Of a DNA stretch of 64,000 nucleotides, positions 31,315-41,314 are shown in pieces; position 1 is the first letter of the stretch, and each line of letters begins with the position of its first letter. The notes below the pieces were generated by a model, which worked only from the letters and a program-made list of their open reading frames with translations, was not told the DNA's origin and made no database searches. Both the position numbers and the translations under genes were made by a program. The stretch is from a virus, in the IMG/VR virus record IMGVR_UViG_3300030118_002460, positions 1-64,000 of that record. One strand, given 5' to 3'.

Positions 31315-32292
31315 ATGAATGATTTAGGAGATTTCTTCAGTCTGATTGGAGAAGAGAAGAGAAAAAAGGAAGAAAAGCAGAAAGAATTGATTGGAGAAGT
31401 CACTCTTGGAGACCTTTTTGCGTCTTTGAGTGAAGAAAAGAAGAAATTAAAGGATAAAGAAGACAAAAAAGCAAAAGAAAGAGCAGAATTAATCAAAAAT
31501 GCAAAGGTTTTTGAGACATTTTTGTTCTCAGAACCCAAAAAAGAGGTAGATACTAGTGATTGGAGGGACAATTACGTTCCAACAGAGATAGAAACCACTA
31601 ATATCATTGAACCAGAACCCCTAAAACCCTCCTCTGAATCAGAAATTATTGAGGAATCAATAGAAGAACTAGAAACCCTCTCCAAAATCAGGAAAGATGT
31701 GGATGTTGAGGTAGATAAGTCCAACAATATACTCAAAAGCATTGAACTTCTGGACAAGTTGACACCAGATGAAGAGATTGATGAGGATGGAAAGGATAGT
31801 GATGTCAATAGGTTGAGGAGAGAGATAACTCAACTGCGTAAAATGGTCTATGAGACTGTTAGACAAACTTCTACAATTGGTGGAGGGGGTGCAGGATTCT
31901 TGAAAGACCTTGATGATGTCAGTATTGCTGGTATTCAGAGTGGATATGTTCTCACTTGGGATGAACCAAACAATAAGTGGGTTCCTAGACCTGCATCACA
32001 AGAGGTTGATCTTGGACCACTGACTAATGTTGCTGCTTCTGACAGTTCAACTATCATACAATCATCTACATTGTCTTTTGATTCTTTGCAGGGTCAGTTT
32101 ATCTCCACTACCACAGCAGGTGCTGCCACTACAAACATTGCAGGATTCCCAGTTACAACAGGAACACCACCAGACAATACCATACTCACCTTTGATACAT
32201 CTCTACAAAAATGGATCTATGACACTCCATTTAATGTTGTGGATCTTTCAGATGGTGTACAAGATGGAACTCTTGATGCTGGAGGCTTCTGA
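31315..32292 (+). CDS. Hypothetical late protein (charged N-half, GGGGAG-FLKDLDDV fibre-like C-half)
   Basis: 325-aa ORF in the late operon; ends LDAGGF. Confidence 0.65.
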   Translation: MNDLGDFFSLIGEEKRKKEEKQKELIGEVTLGDLFASLSEEKKKLKDKEDKKAKERAELIKNAKVFETFLFSEPKKEVDTSDWRDNYVPTEIETTNIIEPEPLKPSSESEIIEESIEELETLSKIRKDVDVEVDKSNNILKSIELLDKLTPDEEIDEDGKDSDVNRLRREITQLRKMVYETVRQTSTIGGGGAGFLKDLDDVSIAGIQSGYVLTWDEPNNKWVPRPASQEVDLGPLTNVAASDSSTIIQSSTLSFDSLQGQFISTTTAGAATTNIAGFPVTTGTPPDNTILTFDTSLQKWIYDTPFNVVDLSDGVQDGTLDAGGF

Positions 32293-32338
32293 TAAATAAT
32301 ATAACCCTGCTACATAGCAGGTTTTCCAGGTACATACC
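32293..32338 (+). promoter_or_regulatory. Late promoter followed by two palindromes sharing a TACATA core
   Basis: TAAATA 32293-32298; CCTGCTACATAGCAGG 32306-32321; GGTACATACC 32329-32338. Confidence 0.6.
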
Positions 32339-32346
32339 AACTTATA

Positions 32347-34398
32347 ATGGCAAATCCAAAGATTAAGTTTAAGCGATCTGGTGTCGCCAATAAGAGACCT
32401 ACGCTGGCAAATTTAGAGTTAGGCGAGATAGCTCTAAACACTTATGATGGTAAACTTTTCACCAGACAAGATACTGGTGGTGTTGGTATTGCCACAACAG
32501 TTATTGTTGTAAACCCCTGGACAGAGAATTTTGGTGGAACCCAAGTCACCTATGATGGTGGCATAAATGTAAAAGATATAGTTGTTACTGGTGTAACAAC
32601 TCTTGGGCAGATTAATGGAACAACTGCCTCATTCAGTGGTAATATTTCAGTTGGTGGCACACTTACTTATGAAGATGTAACTAATGTAGATTCAGTTGGA
32701 TTAATAACTGCCAGAACTGGAATTAATGTTCTAGCAGGTGGTGTTGATGCAGTTGGTATTTCAACATTCAGCACAGGTATTGGAACAGTCCATATTGGCA
32801 CTGGCACCACAGCATTAATGGTTGATGGTGATGCTAGGATTCTAGGCATCCTGACTGTTGGTAGATCATCTGTTACTATTGATGGTGAGAACAATACAGT
32901 TAGTGTTGGTATTGTTACTATTACCAATTCTGAGGTGGTGCTTGGTAATAATGTTACCATCAATGCAAGTGCAACAGGTATTAACTCTGCACCTAATGTA
33001 TTCTATGTTGCCAAAGATGGCAATGATACTAACAATGGAACATCTATTGATAATGCTTTCCTGACCATCAAGGCAGCAGTTGGAGTAGCACAATCAGGAA
33101 CAGTTATCAAAGTTCTATCTGGTAACTATGTTGAAAATAATCCTATCACACTTCCTGCTTTTGTCTCTGTGGTTGGTGATGATTTGAGGAGTGTTAAGGT
33201 TCTTCCAAACAATAATACACAAGATATTTTTCATGTCAATAAAGGATGCAAGTTGGCAAATATGACCTTCTCTGGTCATTTGCATCCCTCTGCTGCTGTT
33301 GCTTTCCCAACTGCTGGTGCTACTAATGTTGGTGGTGGTAAGTGGAAAGGACCATACATTCAGAACTGCACTAGTGACACCACAACAGGCACAGGGATTT
33401 TTGTTGATGGTGATAAGGCAGTTAAAACAAAGTCTATGAATGTGGACTCCTTCACTCAATATAATCAGGGTGGAGTTGGAGTAGCAGTCACTAATGAAGG
33501 ATACGCTCAGTTAGTATCTGTATTCACTATATGTTGCAATAAAGGAGTAAGTGCCCATAAGGGAGGTCAGGCAGATCTTGCTAACAGTAATTCCAGTTTT
33601 GGCACATTTGGATTGGTTGCTGATGGTGTCAGTACAGAGCAGTTTACAGGTATTATCACATCAAGTGGTGCTGCTGGACAAGACAATGTTGTAGTTAATG
33701 TTGGTGCAGTCACAACTAGACCATATGATGGTCAGGTTATCTATTTTGATCAACTGTTCAAGTCAGTAGATACTATCAGCATTACCAATGGTGGTAGTGG
33801 ATATACCAGCACACCATCTGTAACATTATCATCACCAACTGGACCTAATGGTGAAGTTGCCACTGCATTTGCAACTATTGAGGGTGGGGCAGTCACAGAG
33901 ATAAGTATAATCAGTAGTGGAAGTCAGTACACTGAAACTGCAACTGTTACAATCTCTGCTCCTGATTCAGGAACTACTGCCACTGCCACAGCAGTTATGC
34001 AAGATATCTACTATACCATAAATAGTTCCACTCCTATTACTGCTGGAATAACCACAATAACTCTTGCTGAAAATCTTATTAACACAGTTGGTGTTGGTAG
34101 TACAGCATACTTCTTCCAACAGAGTAAAATCATTGCAAGTTCTCATACTTTTGAATACATTGGTTCAGGTGATGACATAACATTGGCAACACCCAAGAGA
34201 GGTGGAGTTACTATTCAAGAAAATGAAGTTTTGAGTCAAAATGGAGGAAAGGTTATTTACACCAGTACAGATCAAGCTGGTAATTTCAAGATTGGAGATG
34301 ACTTCCAGATAAATCAAAACACTGGAACAATTAGTGGTAGAGCATTCTCCAAGAGTTTGTTCTCAGAAATCACACCCTTTATTCTAGCTCTGAGTTAA
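32347..34398 (+). CDS. Tail fibre/spike-like structural protein (683 aa)
   Basis: N-terminal IKFKRS...GEIALNTYDGKLF fibre module; FYVAKDGND...AFLTIKAA and VSVVGDDLR beta-helix-type region. Confidence 0.7.
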   Translation: MANPKIKFKRSGVANKRPTLANLELGEIALNTYDGKLFTRQDTGGVGIATTVIVVNPWTENFGGTQVTYDGGINVKDIVVTGVTTLGQINGTTASFSGNISVGGTLTYEDVTNVDSVGLITARTGINVLAGGVDAVGISTFSTGIGTVHIGTGTTALMVDGDARILGILTVGRSSVTIDGENNTVSVGIVTITNSEVVLGNNVTINASATGINSAPNVFYVAKDGNDTNNGTSIDNAFLTIKAAVGVAQSGTVIKVLSGNYVENNPITLPAFVSVVGDDLRSVKVLPNNNTQDIFHVNKGCKLANMTFSGHLHPSAAVAFPTAGATNVGGGKWKGPYIQNCTSDTTTGTGIFVDGDKAVKTKSMNVDSFTQYNQGGVGVAVTNEGYAQLVSVFTICCNKGVSAHKGGQADLANSNSSFGTFGLVADGVSTEQFTGIITSSGAAGQDNVVVNVGAVTTRPYDGQVIYFDQLFKSVDTISITNGGSGYTSTPSVTLSSPTGPNGEVATAFATIEGGAVTEISIISSGSQYTETATVTISAPDSGTTATATAVMQDIYYTINSSTPITAGITTITLAENLINTVGVGSTAYFFQQSKIIASSHTFEYIGSGDDITLATPKRGGVTIQENEVLSQNGGKVIYTSTDQAGNFKIGDDFQINQNTGTISGRAFSKSLFSEITPFILALS

Positions 34399-34399
34399 G

Positions 34400-34732
34400 A
34401 TGGCACAATTAGCATTAAATAGATTTCAAACAGTGACATTGGAAGTCACAAATAGTGAACAGACTGTATATACAGCACCAACTGGATATAGTGCTATTGT
34501 TCTCTATGCCCATATTGCTAATCATGGCACTGTGAATGCTACCACCACTATGAAGCATAAAAGATCTTCTGTTGAGACTGAGATAATTCATCAAGCTGCT
34601 GTACCAACTAATGATGCACTTGTCCCTATTACAGGCAAGTTGGTGTTAGAAACCAATGATTCAATCAGAATTATTGGAAGTGATAATAATACATTAAAAG
34701 TAATTTTAAGTATCTTGGAGACTGCTAACTAA
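34400..34732 (+). CDS. Small virion structural protein
   Basis: TVYTAP...GKLVLETNDSI pattern; coupled to the fibre gene. Confidence 0.65.
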   Translation: MAQLALNRFQTVTLEVTNSEQTVYTAPTGYSAIVLYAHIANHGTVNATTTMKHKRSSVETEIIHQAAVPTNDALVPITGKLVLETNDSIRIIGSDNNTLKVILSILETAN

Positions 34733-35109
34733 TGCCTTACATAGTATCCCAAGGTGGCAACACAACCACAGCACCTCAACTTACACTTGATGCTGGTATT
34801 GTAAATTCTGGTATTCTAACTACCACTACTACCAATGAATCAACTTTGGTTGAGGTGCATTCAGGGTCATATCGTTCAGTTCAATTTCAGATTCAGGCAC
34901 AGGAAGGAGGAAATATTAATGCAACTACTATCAATGTAGTACATAATGGTTCAGAAACATTTATGTCTGAATTTGGCACTATCAATGAACCTGTTGGTAT
35001 AGCAACTTACTCCACTGACCTATCAGGAAATCAGATTAGATTGCTAGGATATCCAGCATCAGCAAACTCAACTACCTTCAATGTGGTATATACTGCCCTA
35101 AGAGTATAA
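34732..35109 (+). CDS. Small virion protein homologous to an internal module of gp7
   Basis: SYRS...VVHNGSETFMSEFGT...GIATY matches gp7 SYRA...ILHNGTDVQLLEYGN...GIGTY. Confidence 0.65.
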   Translation: MPYIVSQGGNTTTAPQLTLDAGIVNSGILTTTTTNESTLVEVHSGSYRSVQFQIQAQEGGNINATTINVVHNGSETFMSEFGTINEPVGIATYSTDLSGNQIRLLGYPASANSTTFNVVYTALRV

Positions 35110-35112
35110 ATA
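35105..35112 (+). promoter_or_regulatory. T4 late promoter
   Basis: Perfect TATAAATA. Confidence 0.75.
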
Positions 35113-35135
35113 TAAAGAGACTCTCTGTTAGCACT

Positions 35136-36446
35136 GTGACTATTAACGAAAATCTTAGAGATTGGTTTGGCAAAGGACCCAAAGGTGGTGCTGGTGGCGG
35201 TGGATGGGATCGCTACAATACCAAGGGTGAAAGAGTTGGCAAATGTGCACGTGAAGACAAGGATGGTGATGGTAAAGGTGATGGACCTAAACCAAAATGC
35301 TTATCCAGAGAGAAAGCAGCAAGCATGTCCAAAGCAGAGAGAGGTGCTTCTGTAAGACGCAAGAGAGCAAAGGATTCTAATCCAGACAGAAAGGGAGCAG
35401 CAATTAACGTGAACACCAAATCTAAAAAGAAAACAACAAGTGAAGGGAAAGAGCATCCTAAGAATGTAAAAGGAATTGCAAAAGAACTGGACAAAGCAGT
35501 TGAGATGCATAAGAGTCAGGCAAAAAGATTGAGAAAGGCAGATATCTCTGAGGGTGAGGGTAAGAAGGATGCTTGTTATCATAAGGTGAAAGCATCTGCA
35601 AGTGTATGGCCCTCTGCTTATGCTTCTGGTCGTCTGGTTCAGTGCCGTAAGAAAGGTGCCAAGAACTATGGTAAGTCCACAAAGAAAGAAGGGTTCCTGG
35701 AACTGCCTGAGTTTTCACAAATTCAGATTGATGCTATGAGAAAGGCAGGCATTGAAGTTGAAATTGTGGATGAGGACTGCTGGGATGGGTATGAGAAAAA
35801 GGGTATGAAGACTATGTTTGGTAAAAGATACCCAAACTGTGTCAAAAAGAAAAAGACCAAGAAAGAAGAAGTAGATACAGAGGGTGAAATTATTAACGAG
35901 AATGAGAAAGAATGTCACAAGTGCCTTGGTGAAGGTTGCAGATATTGTGATGGAACAGGTACAATTGATGAGGCAGTAAGAATGCCTTCACAACAGGGAA
36001 ATGTCTATCTTGTTGGTTTCCAATGGAGAGGCAAGTACATGATGATGAAGATTTTCTTCCCAGAGGTTAAGAGACCCAGTAGAGATGAAGTTCAATCTGC
36101 TCTTGAAAAGATCTACCCTGGTTGCCGTGTTATGAGATATGACATGGCACCATACCAACCTGGTGACACTTACTTGAATATTGGTGAAGAATTAGAAGAG
36201 GCTGCTGCCTGGACTAAGAAATCTGGTAAAAATGAAAAAGGAGGTTTGAATGAAAAAGGTAGAAAGTCGTATGAACGTGAAAACCCAGGAAGCGATCTTA
36301 AGGCACCTTCAAAAAAAGTTGGAAATCCTAGGAGAGCGTCTTTTTGTGCGAGAATGAAAGGTATGAAGAAGAAGTTGACTTCTTCTAAGACTGCTAATGA
36401 TCCTGATAGCAGGATTAATAAATCTCTTAGAGCTTGGAATTGCTGA
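35136..36446 (+). CDS. Modular basic late protein, putative internal head protein precursor
   Basis: GTG start after a late promoter; Lys-rich modules separated by Glu-ending acidic linkers. Confidence 0.6.
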   Translation: MTINENLRDWFGKGPKGGAGGGGWDRYNTKGERVGKCAREDKDGDGKGDGPKPKCLSREKAASMSKAERGASVRRKRAKDSNPDRKGAAINVNTKSKKKTTSEGKEHPKNVKGIAKELDKAVEMHKSQAKRLRKADISEGEGKKDACYHKVKASASVWPSAYASGRLVQCRKKGAKNYGKSTKKEGFLELPEFSQIQIDAMRKAGIEVEIVDEDCWDGYEKKGMKTMFGKRYPNCVKKKKTKKEEVDTEGEIINENEKECHKCLGEGCRYCDGTGTIDEAVRMPSQQGNVYLVGFQWRGKYMMMKIFFPEVKRPSRDEVQSALEKIYPGCRVMRYDMAPYQPGDTYLNIGEELEEAAAWTKKSGKNEKGGLNEKGRKSYERENPGSDLKAPSKKVGNPRRASFCARMKGMKKKLTSSKTANDPDSRINKSLRAWNC

Positions 36447-36453
36447 TTAATTT

Positions 36454-38097
36454 ATGAGTGAAATTTATCTTGGTAATCCTAATCTAAAAAAAGCAAATAC
36501 TCCAATTGAGTTTACTCAAGAACAGATTGAGGAGTATATTAGATGTAAAAATGATCCTGTATATTTTGCAAGAAACTATGTCCAGATTGTGACTCTGGAT
36601 CATGGTCTTCAACCTTTCAAGATGTATGACTTCCAGGAGAAACTGGTAAGGAATTTTCACGAGCATAGATTCAACATCTGTAAGATGCCCAGACAGACTG
36701 GCAAATCTACTACTGTTGTCTCTTTCCTTTTACACTATGCAGTATTCAATGATAGTGTTAACATTGGCATCCTAGCAAACAAAGCATCCACTGCTAGGGA
36801 ACTTCTCAGTAGACTGCAAATTGCATATGAGAACTTACCTAAATGGATGCAGCAGGGTATTTTATCATGGAACAAAGGTTCATTGGAGTTGGAAAATGGC
36901 AGTAAGATATTGGCAGCTTCTACGTCTGCAAGTGCTGTCAGAGGCATGTCGTTTAACATTCTCTTCCTCGACGAGTTTGCCTTCGTTCCAAACCATATTG
37001 CGGATGCCTTCTTTGCATCTGTTTATCCTACTATTACTTCTGGTAAATCAACAAAAGTAATTATTGTCTCAACGCCTCATGGCATGAACCACTTCTACAG
37101 GATGTGGCATGATGCAGAGAAAAAAAGAAATGAATATGTCCCCACTGATGTTCACTGGTCAGAAGTGCCAGGAAGGGATAGTAAATGGAAAGCACAGACT
37201 ATTGCAAACACATCTGAGCAGCAGTTCAAGATTGAGTTTGAGTGTGAATTTTTAGGATCTGTTGACACACTGATTGCAGCAAGTAAGTTGAAGTCGCTAA
37301 TATACGAGCAACCACTTCAAAGGAATGCTGGACTAGATGTATATGAAGGGTCTAGAGATAAACATGATTACGTTGTCACTGTTGACGTTGCACGTGGTGT
37401 TGGTAATGACTACAGTGCTTTTATTGTTGTTGACATAACAGAGTTCCCACATAAGGTAGTGGCAAAGTATAGAGACAATACTATCAAACCAATGCTATTC
37501 CCTAGTGTGATCTATGAGGTAGCAAAGAAATATAATGAGGCATTCATTTTATGTGAGGTAAATGATGTTGGTGATCAGGTTGCCTCTATCTTACAATATG
37601 ATTTGGAGTATCAGAATATATTGATGTGCTCTATGAGAGGTAGATCAGGTCAAGTTGTTGGTCAAGGATTTTCTGGCAGTAAGACCCAATTGGGTGTTAA
37701 GATGTCCAAGACTGTAAAGAAGGTTGGTTCACTCAATCTCAAAACAATGATTGAGGAGAACAAGTTGATATTCTGTGATTATGAGATTATCTCTGAATTG
37801 ACTACCTTTATATCCAAGCATAACTCATTTGAAGCAGAGGAGGGTTGTAATGATGACCTTGCTATGTGTCTGGTCATTTATGCTTGGTTGGTTGCACAAG
37901 ATTACTTTAAGGAGTTGACTGATCAAGATGTCAGAAAGAGATTATACGAAGAACAAAAAGATCAAATTGAGCAAGACATGGCACCCTTTGGTTTTATTAA
38001 TGATGGACTTGATGATAATAGTTTTGTGGATTCAGAGGGAGACAGGTGGACTACAGCAACCTACGGAGAAATGTCCTACATGTGGGACTACCAGTGA
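36454..38097 (+). CDS. gp17: Terminase large subunit gp17
   Basis: Walker A PRQTGKST, Walker B LFLDEFAF, nuclease VDVARG and DDLAM. Confidence 0.96.
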   Translation: MSEIYLGNPNLKKANTPIEFTQEQIEEYIRCKNDPVYFARNYVQIVTLDHGLQPFKMYDFQEKLVRNFHEHRFNICKMPRQTGKSTTVVSFLLHYAVFNDSVNIGILANKASTARELLSRLQIAYENLPKWMQQGILSWNKGSLELENGSKILAASTSASAVRGMSFNILFLDEFAFVPNHIADAFFASVYPTITSGKSTKVIIVSTPHGMNHFYRMWHDAEKKRNEYVPTDVHWSEVPGRDSKWKAQTIANTSEQQFKIEFECEFLGSVDTLIAASKLKSLIYEQPLQRNAGLDVYEGSRDKHDYVVTVDVARGVGNDYSAFIVVDITEFPHKVVAKYRDNTIKPMLFPSVIYEVAKKYNEAFILCEVNDVGDQVASILQYDLEYQNILMCSMRGRSGQVVGQGFSGSKTQLGVKMSKTVKKVGSLNLKTMIEENKLIFCDYEIISELTTFISKHNSFEAEEGCNDDLAMCLVIYAWLVAQDYFKELTDQDVRKRLYEEQKDQIEQDMAPFGFINDGLDDNSFVDSEGDRWTTATYGEMSYMWDYQ

Positions 38098-38327
38098 TGG
38101 ACTTCAATGAGCAAATCAAATTAGGGCATTTGCTCCTTGATACTAGAAAATGTAGATCTTGTGGAGAAGTGAAAAATTTGATTGAAAGTTTTTACAGGAC
38201 AAGAAGAGATAGAGGACCAGTTGCATCTTCTTATTCATATGAATGTAAAGAATGTACTATCAAAAGAGTATTAGAGCAGAAGAGAAAAAGAGACCCATTT
38301 GTGGACTGGAACTACCCAGATTGGTAG
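38097..38327 (+). CDS. Small zinc-finger protein (CxxC...CxxC)
   Basis: ATG overlaps the gp17 stop; KCRSCG...YECKEC. Confidence 0.65.
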   Translation: MDFNEQIKLGHLLLDTRKCRSCGEVKNLIESFYRTRRDRGPVASSYSYECKECTIKRVLEQKRKRDPFVDWNYPDW

Positions 38328-38365
38328 TTCACCACATGTTTCCCCACTGAAAATGCCATTTTTCC

Positions 38366-38371
38366 TAAATA
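38366..38371 (+). promoter_or_regulatory. T4-type late promoter core
   Basis: TAAATA upstream of gp18; AGGAG RBS follows. Confidence 0.65.
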
Positions 38372-38407
38372 TTTTTTAGTTAAACTGAGACATTTTAGGA
38401 GAAAAAC

Positions 38408-40609
38408 ATGGCGACTCCTCAATTATCTCCTGGTGTAATTATCAGGGAGGTTGATCTAACAGTTGGAAGAGCTGATAATGTTTTAGATAATATTGGTGCA
38501 ATTGCTGGTCCTTTCACACAGGGTCCAGTTGATGAACCAACTGACATCAACACACAGGGCGAACTTCTACAAGTTTTTGGTGAACCACAAAGTAATGATA
38601 GACAGTATGAGTACTGGTTGACAGCTTCTGAATATCTAACCTATGGAGGAGTCCTTAAGGTTGTAAGAACAGATGGTGACAATCTTAGAAACTCCAATGC
38701 AGGTGTGGGTATTGCATCAACTACAACTCTTAAGATCAAGAGTTATGAAGACTATACTCTCAACTATGAGACAGCAACAGACTTTAACTTTGCTTCAAGG
38801 AACCCTGGTTCATATGCAGATGGTCTGAAAGTTTGTGTCATTGACAATGCAGCAGACCAGACTCTGGGTATCAACACAACCAGTCTTGCTGATTCAAACA
38901 TCATTGTAGGTAATGGTGTTACAGCAGCACTTTCAAGTGCAGTCATTCCTGGTGCAGGTTCCACCTCACTCTTCAATGGTTACATCAAAGGTATCATCAC
39001 TGGTGTAAGCACTGATGCTACAAATGGTGCTAGTACTATTGATGTTAGAATTCTGCAAAGAATTTCTAATGATGGAACAGAGACACAGATTGACTATCAG
39101 CAGAATGATTCCAACAGGTCTATTGAAGTCAATGACTCAATTCAGATCTATAACAATGCTGGTATTCAAACTGGTAAGGAAGCATCACCAGAATCATTCA
39201 CTGCTGTAACAGCAGTTGACTGGTATGAGCAACAGCAACTTGGTCTGACAAACTCAACATTGTTCTGGAAGACTATTGCTCCAAAACCAGTAGACACCAA
39301 CTATGTTGCATCAAGAAAGGGTAGAAATGATGCTCTGCACGTTGCTATTGTTGATGATGAAGGTAAGGTCACTGGTATTCAGGGTAACATCCTTGAAAGA
39401 TTCACCTTCCTCTCCAAAGCAGTTGATGGTGAGACAGATGGTGATGCACCCACCAAGTCCTATTATAAGGACTTCATAGCACTGAATTCTAGATACATCT
39501 TTGCTGGTAGAAACCTTTCTTCTGGTAATGACTCCTACAACAACACCTATCCTGCTGCATCTGGATTTAGTTCAGGTTATGTAGAGGTAACACAAGGTGG
39601 TGGTCTTTGGAGTCAAGAAGCACAAGGCATTCAATTCAACAGCATTGGTAATGTAACTTACACCTTGCTTGGTGGTAAAGACTATGGTGCTAATGAGGGA
39701 ATGAATGCAACTCTTGGTGATCTGACTACTTCTTACAATCTGTTCTCTAATAAAGATGAGATTTCACTGGATTACCTGATCATGGGTCCAGGTTGTGGTT
39801 CAATTGTTGAGTCACAAGCAAAAGCAAATCTGCTGATTTCTATTGCTGATCAAAGAAAGGATTGTATTGCTACTATCTCTCCTGATAGAACCAATGTTGT
39901 AGGTCAGTCAATTAGTAATGAGCAGCAAAATGCACTGGTGAAATTCTTCTCACCACTTACATCATCTTCATACTGTGTATTTGACTCTGGATACAAGTAC
40001 ATGTATGACAGATTCAATAATACTTTCAGATATGTCCCACTTAATGGTGATATTGCTGGATTGATGGTAAGAACAAGCATTGAAGCATTCCCTTGGTTCT
40101 CCCCTGCTGGACAACAAAGAGGTACTATCAACAATGCTGTTAAGTTGGCATTCAACCCCAACAAAGCACAAAGAGATGTTCTGTATGGTAACAGAATTAA
40201 CTCTGTAATTAATTCAGCAGGTCAAGGTATTGTACTGTTTGGTGACAAGACAGGTCTTGGATTCAATTCTGCCTTTGACAGAATCAATGTCAGAAGACTG
40301 TTCCTCACTGTTGAGCAAGCACTTGAAAGTGCAGCAAATGATCAACTCTTTGAACTGAATGATGATGAAACCAGAGCAAACTTCATCAACATTGTTGAGC
40401 CATATCTGAGAGATGTTCAATCTCAAAGAGGCATTGAAGAGTTTATTGTTATCTGTGATAACACCAACAACACGCCTGATGTCATTGACAACAATGAATT
40501 CAGAGCAGACATCTTCATTAAGCCTGCCAGAGCAATCAACTTTGTCACCCTGACATTTGTTGCTACTAGAACTGGAGTAAGCTTTGATGAAGTAGTTGGT
40601 TCAGTTTAA
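38408..40609 (+). CDS. gp18: Tail sheath protein gp18
   Basis: LSPGVIIREVDLT, PWFSPAG, FDRINVRRLF. Confidence 0.96.
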   Translation: MATPQLSPGVIIREVDLTVGRADNVLDNIGAIAGPFTQGPVDEPTDINTQGELLQVFGEPQSNDRQYEYWLTASEYLTYGGVLKVVRTDGDNLRNSNAGVGIASTTTLKIKSYEDYTLNYETATDFNFASRNPGSYADGLKVCVIDNAADQTLGINTTSLADSNIIVGNGVTAALSSAVIPGAGSTSLFNGYIKGIITGVSTDATNGASTIDVRILQRISNDGTETQIDYQQNDSNRSIEVNDSIQIYNNAGIQTGKEASPESFTAVTAVDWYEQQQLGLTNSTLFWKTIAPKPVDTNYVASRKGRNDALHVAIVDDEGKVTGIQGNILERFTFLSKAVDGETDGDAPTKSYYKDFIALNSRYIFAGRNLSSGNDSYNNTYPAASGFSSGYVEVTQGGGLWSQEAQGIQFNSIGNVTYTLLGGKDYGANEGMNATLGDLTTSYNLFSNKDEISLDYLIMGPGCGSIVESQAKANLLISIADQRKDCIATISPDRTNVVGQSISNEQQNALVKFFSPLTSSSYCVFDSGYKYMYDRFNNTFRYVPLNGDIAGLMVRTSIEAFPWFSPAGQQRGTINNAVKLAFNPNKAQRDVLYGNRINSVINSAGQGIVLFGDKTGLGFNSAFDRINVRRLFLTVEQALESAANDQLFELNDDETRANFINIVEPYLRDVQSQRGIEEFIVICDNTNNTPDVIDNNEFRADIFIKPARAINFVTLTFVATRTGVSFDEVVGSV

Positions 40610-40643
40610 TATTACCAGTTAACTTATAAACGAGGAAACAACA

Positions 40644-41279
40644 ATGGCAGACGTAAGAACACTATCTCAATTTAAGAACAGATTGGCGGGTGGCGGTGCC
40701 CGCCCCAATCTATTTGAGGTACTCATTCCTTCATTCCCTAGCGCTGTTGGTGATAGGGTTTGGAGAACAGGTGCTGGTAGAGAAGCACAAACTTTCCAAT
40801 TCCTTTGCAAGGCAGCACAACTTCCAGCATCAACAATTGCTGAAGTTCCCATTCCTTTTAGAGGCAGAGTCCTCAAGGTTGCTGGTGATAGAACCTTTGA
40901 ACCTTGGGTAGTTACCGTCATCAATGATGAAGACTTCCAACTCAGAACTGCATTTGAGATTTGGATGAATACTATGAGCAAGTTGGATGATGCTACTGGT
41001 GTCACCAATCCTTCTTCCTACATGACTGATGCATATGTCACTCAGTTTGGTAGAGGTAGACAGGCAAATGCAACCAAGAATGTTGGTGGTAAGTCATCTG
41101 AACTTAGAACTTACAAGTTCTTTGATATTTTCCCAACTGAAATCAGTGCAATTGATCTCAACTATGAAAACACTGATACCATTGAGGAATTCCAGGTAAC
41201 CTTCCAGGTTCAGCACTTCACAATTGGTAACTCTGCTCAGGCAAATAGAGCTGCTGCAGGACAGACTCTGATTCAGTGA
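40644..41279 (+). CDS. gp19: Tail tube protein gp19
   Basis: GGARPNLFEV, FRGRVLKVAGDRTFEPW. Confidence 0.95.
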   Translation: MADVRTLSQFKNRLAGGGARPNLFEVLIPSFPSAVGDRVWRTGAGREAQTFQFLCKAAQLPASTIAEVPIPFRGRVLKVAGDRTFEPWVVTVINDEDFQLRTAFEIWMNTMSKLDDATGVTNPSSYMTDAYVTQFGRGRQANATKNVGGKSSELRTYKFFDIFPTEISAIDLNYENTDTIEEFQVTFQVQHFTIGNSAQANRAAAGQTLIQ

Positions 41280-41285
41280 TAAATA
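41280..41285 (+). promoter_or_regulatory. T4-type late promoter core
   Basis: ATAAATA upstream of gp20. Confidence 0.65.
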
Positions 41286-41314
41286 ACTAGAACAGAATCT
41301 AGTTTACATAGATA

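Noticed and set aside
38046-38096. Upstream GTG extension of the zinc-finger ORF
   Set aside because: Overlaps gp17; ATG 38097 coupled to the gp17 stop is more plausible.
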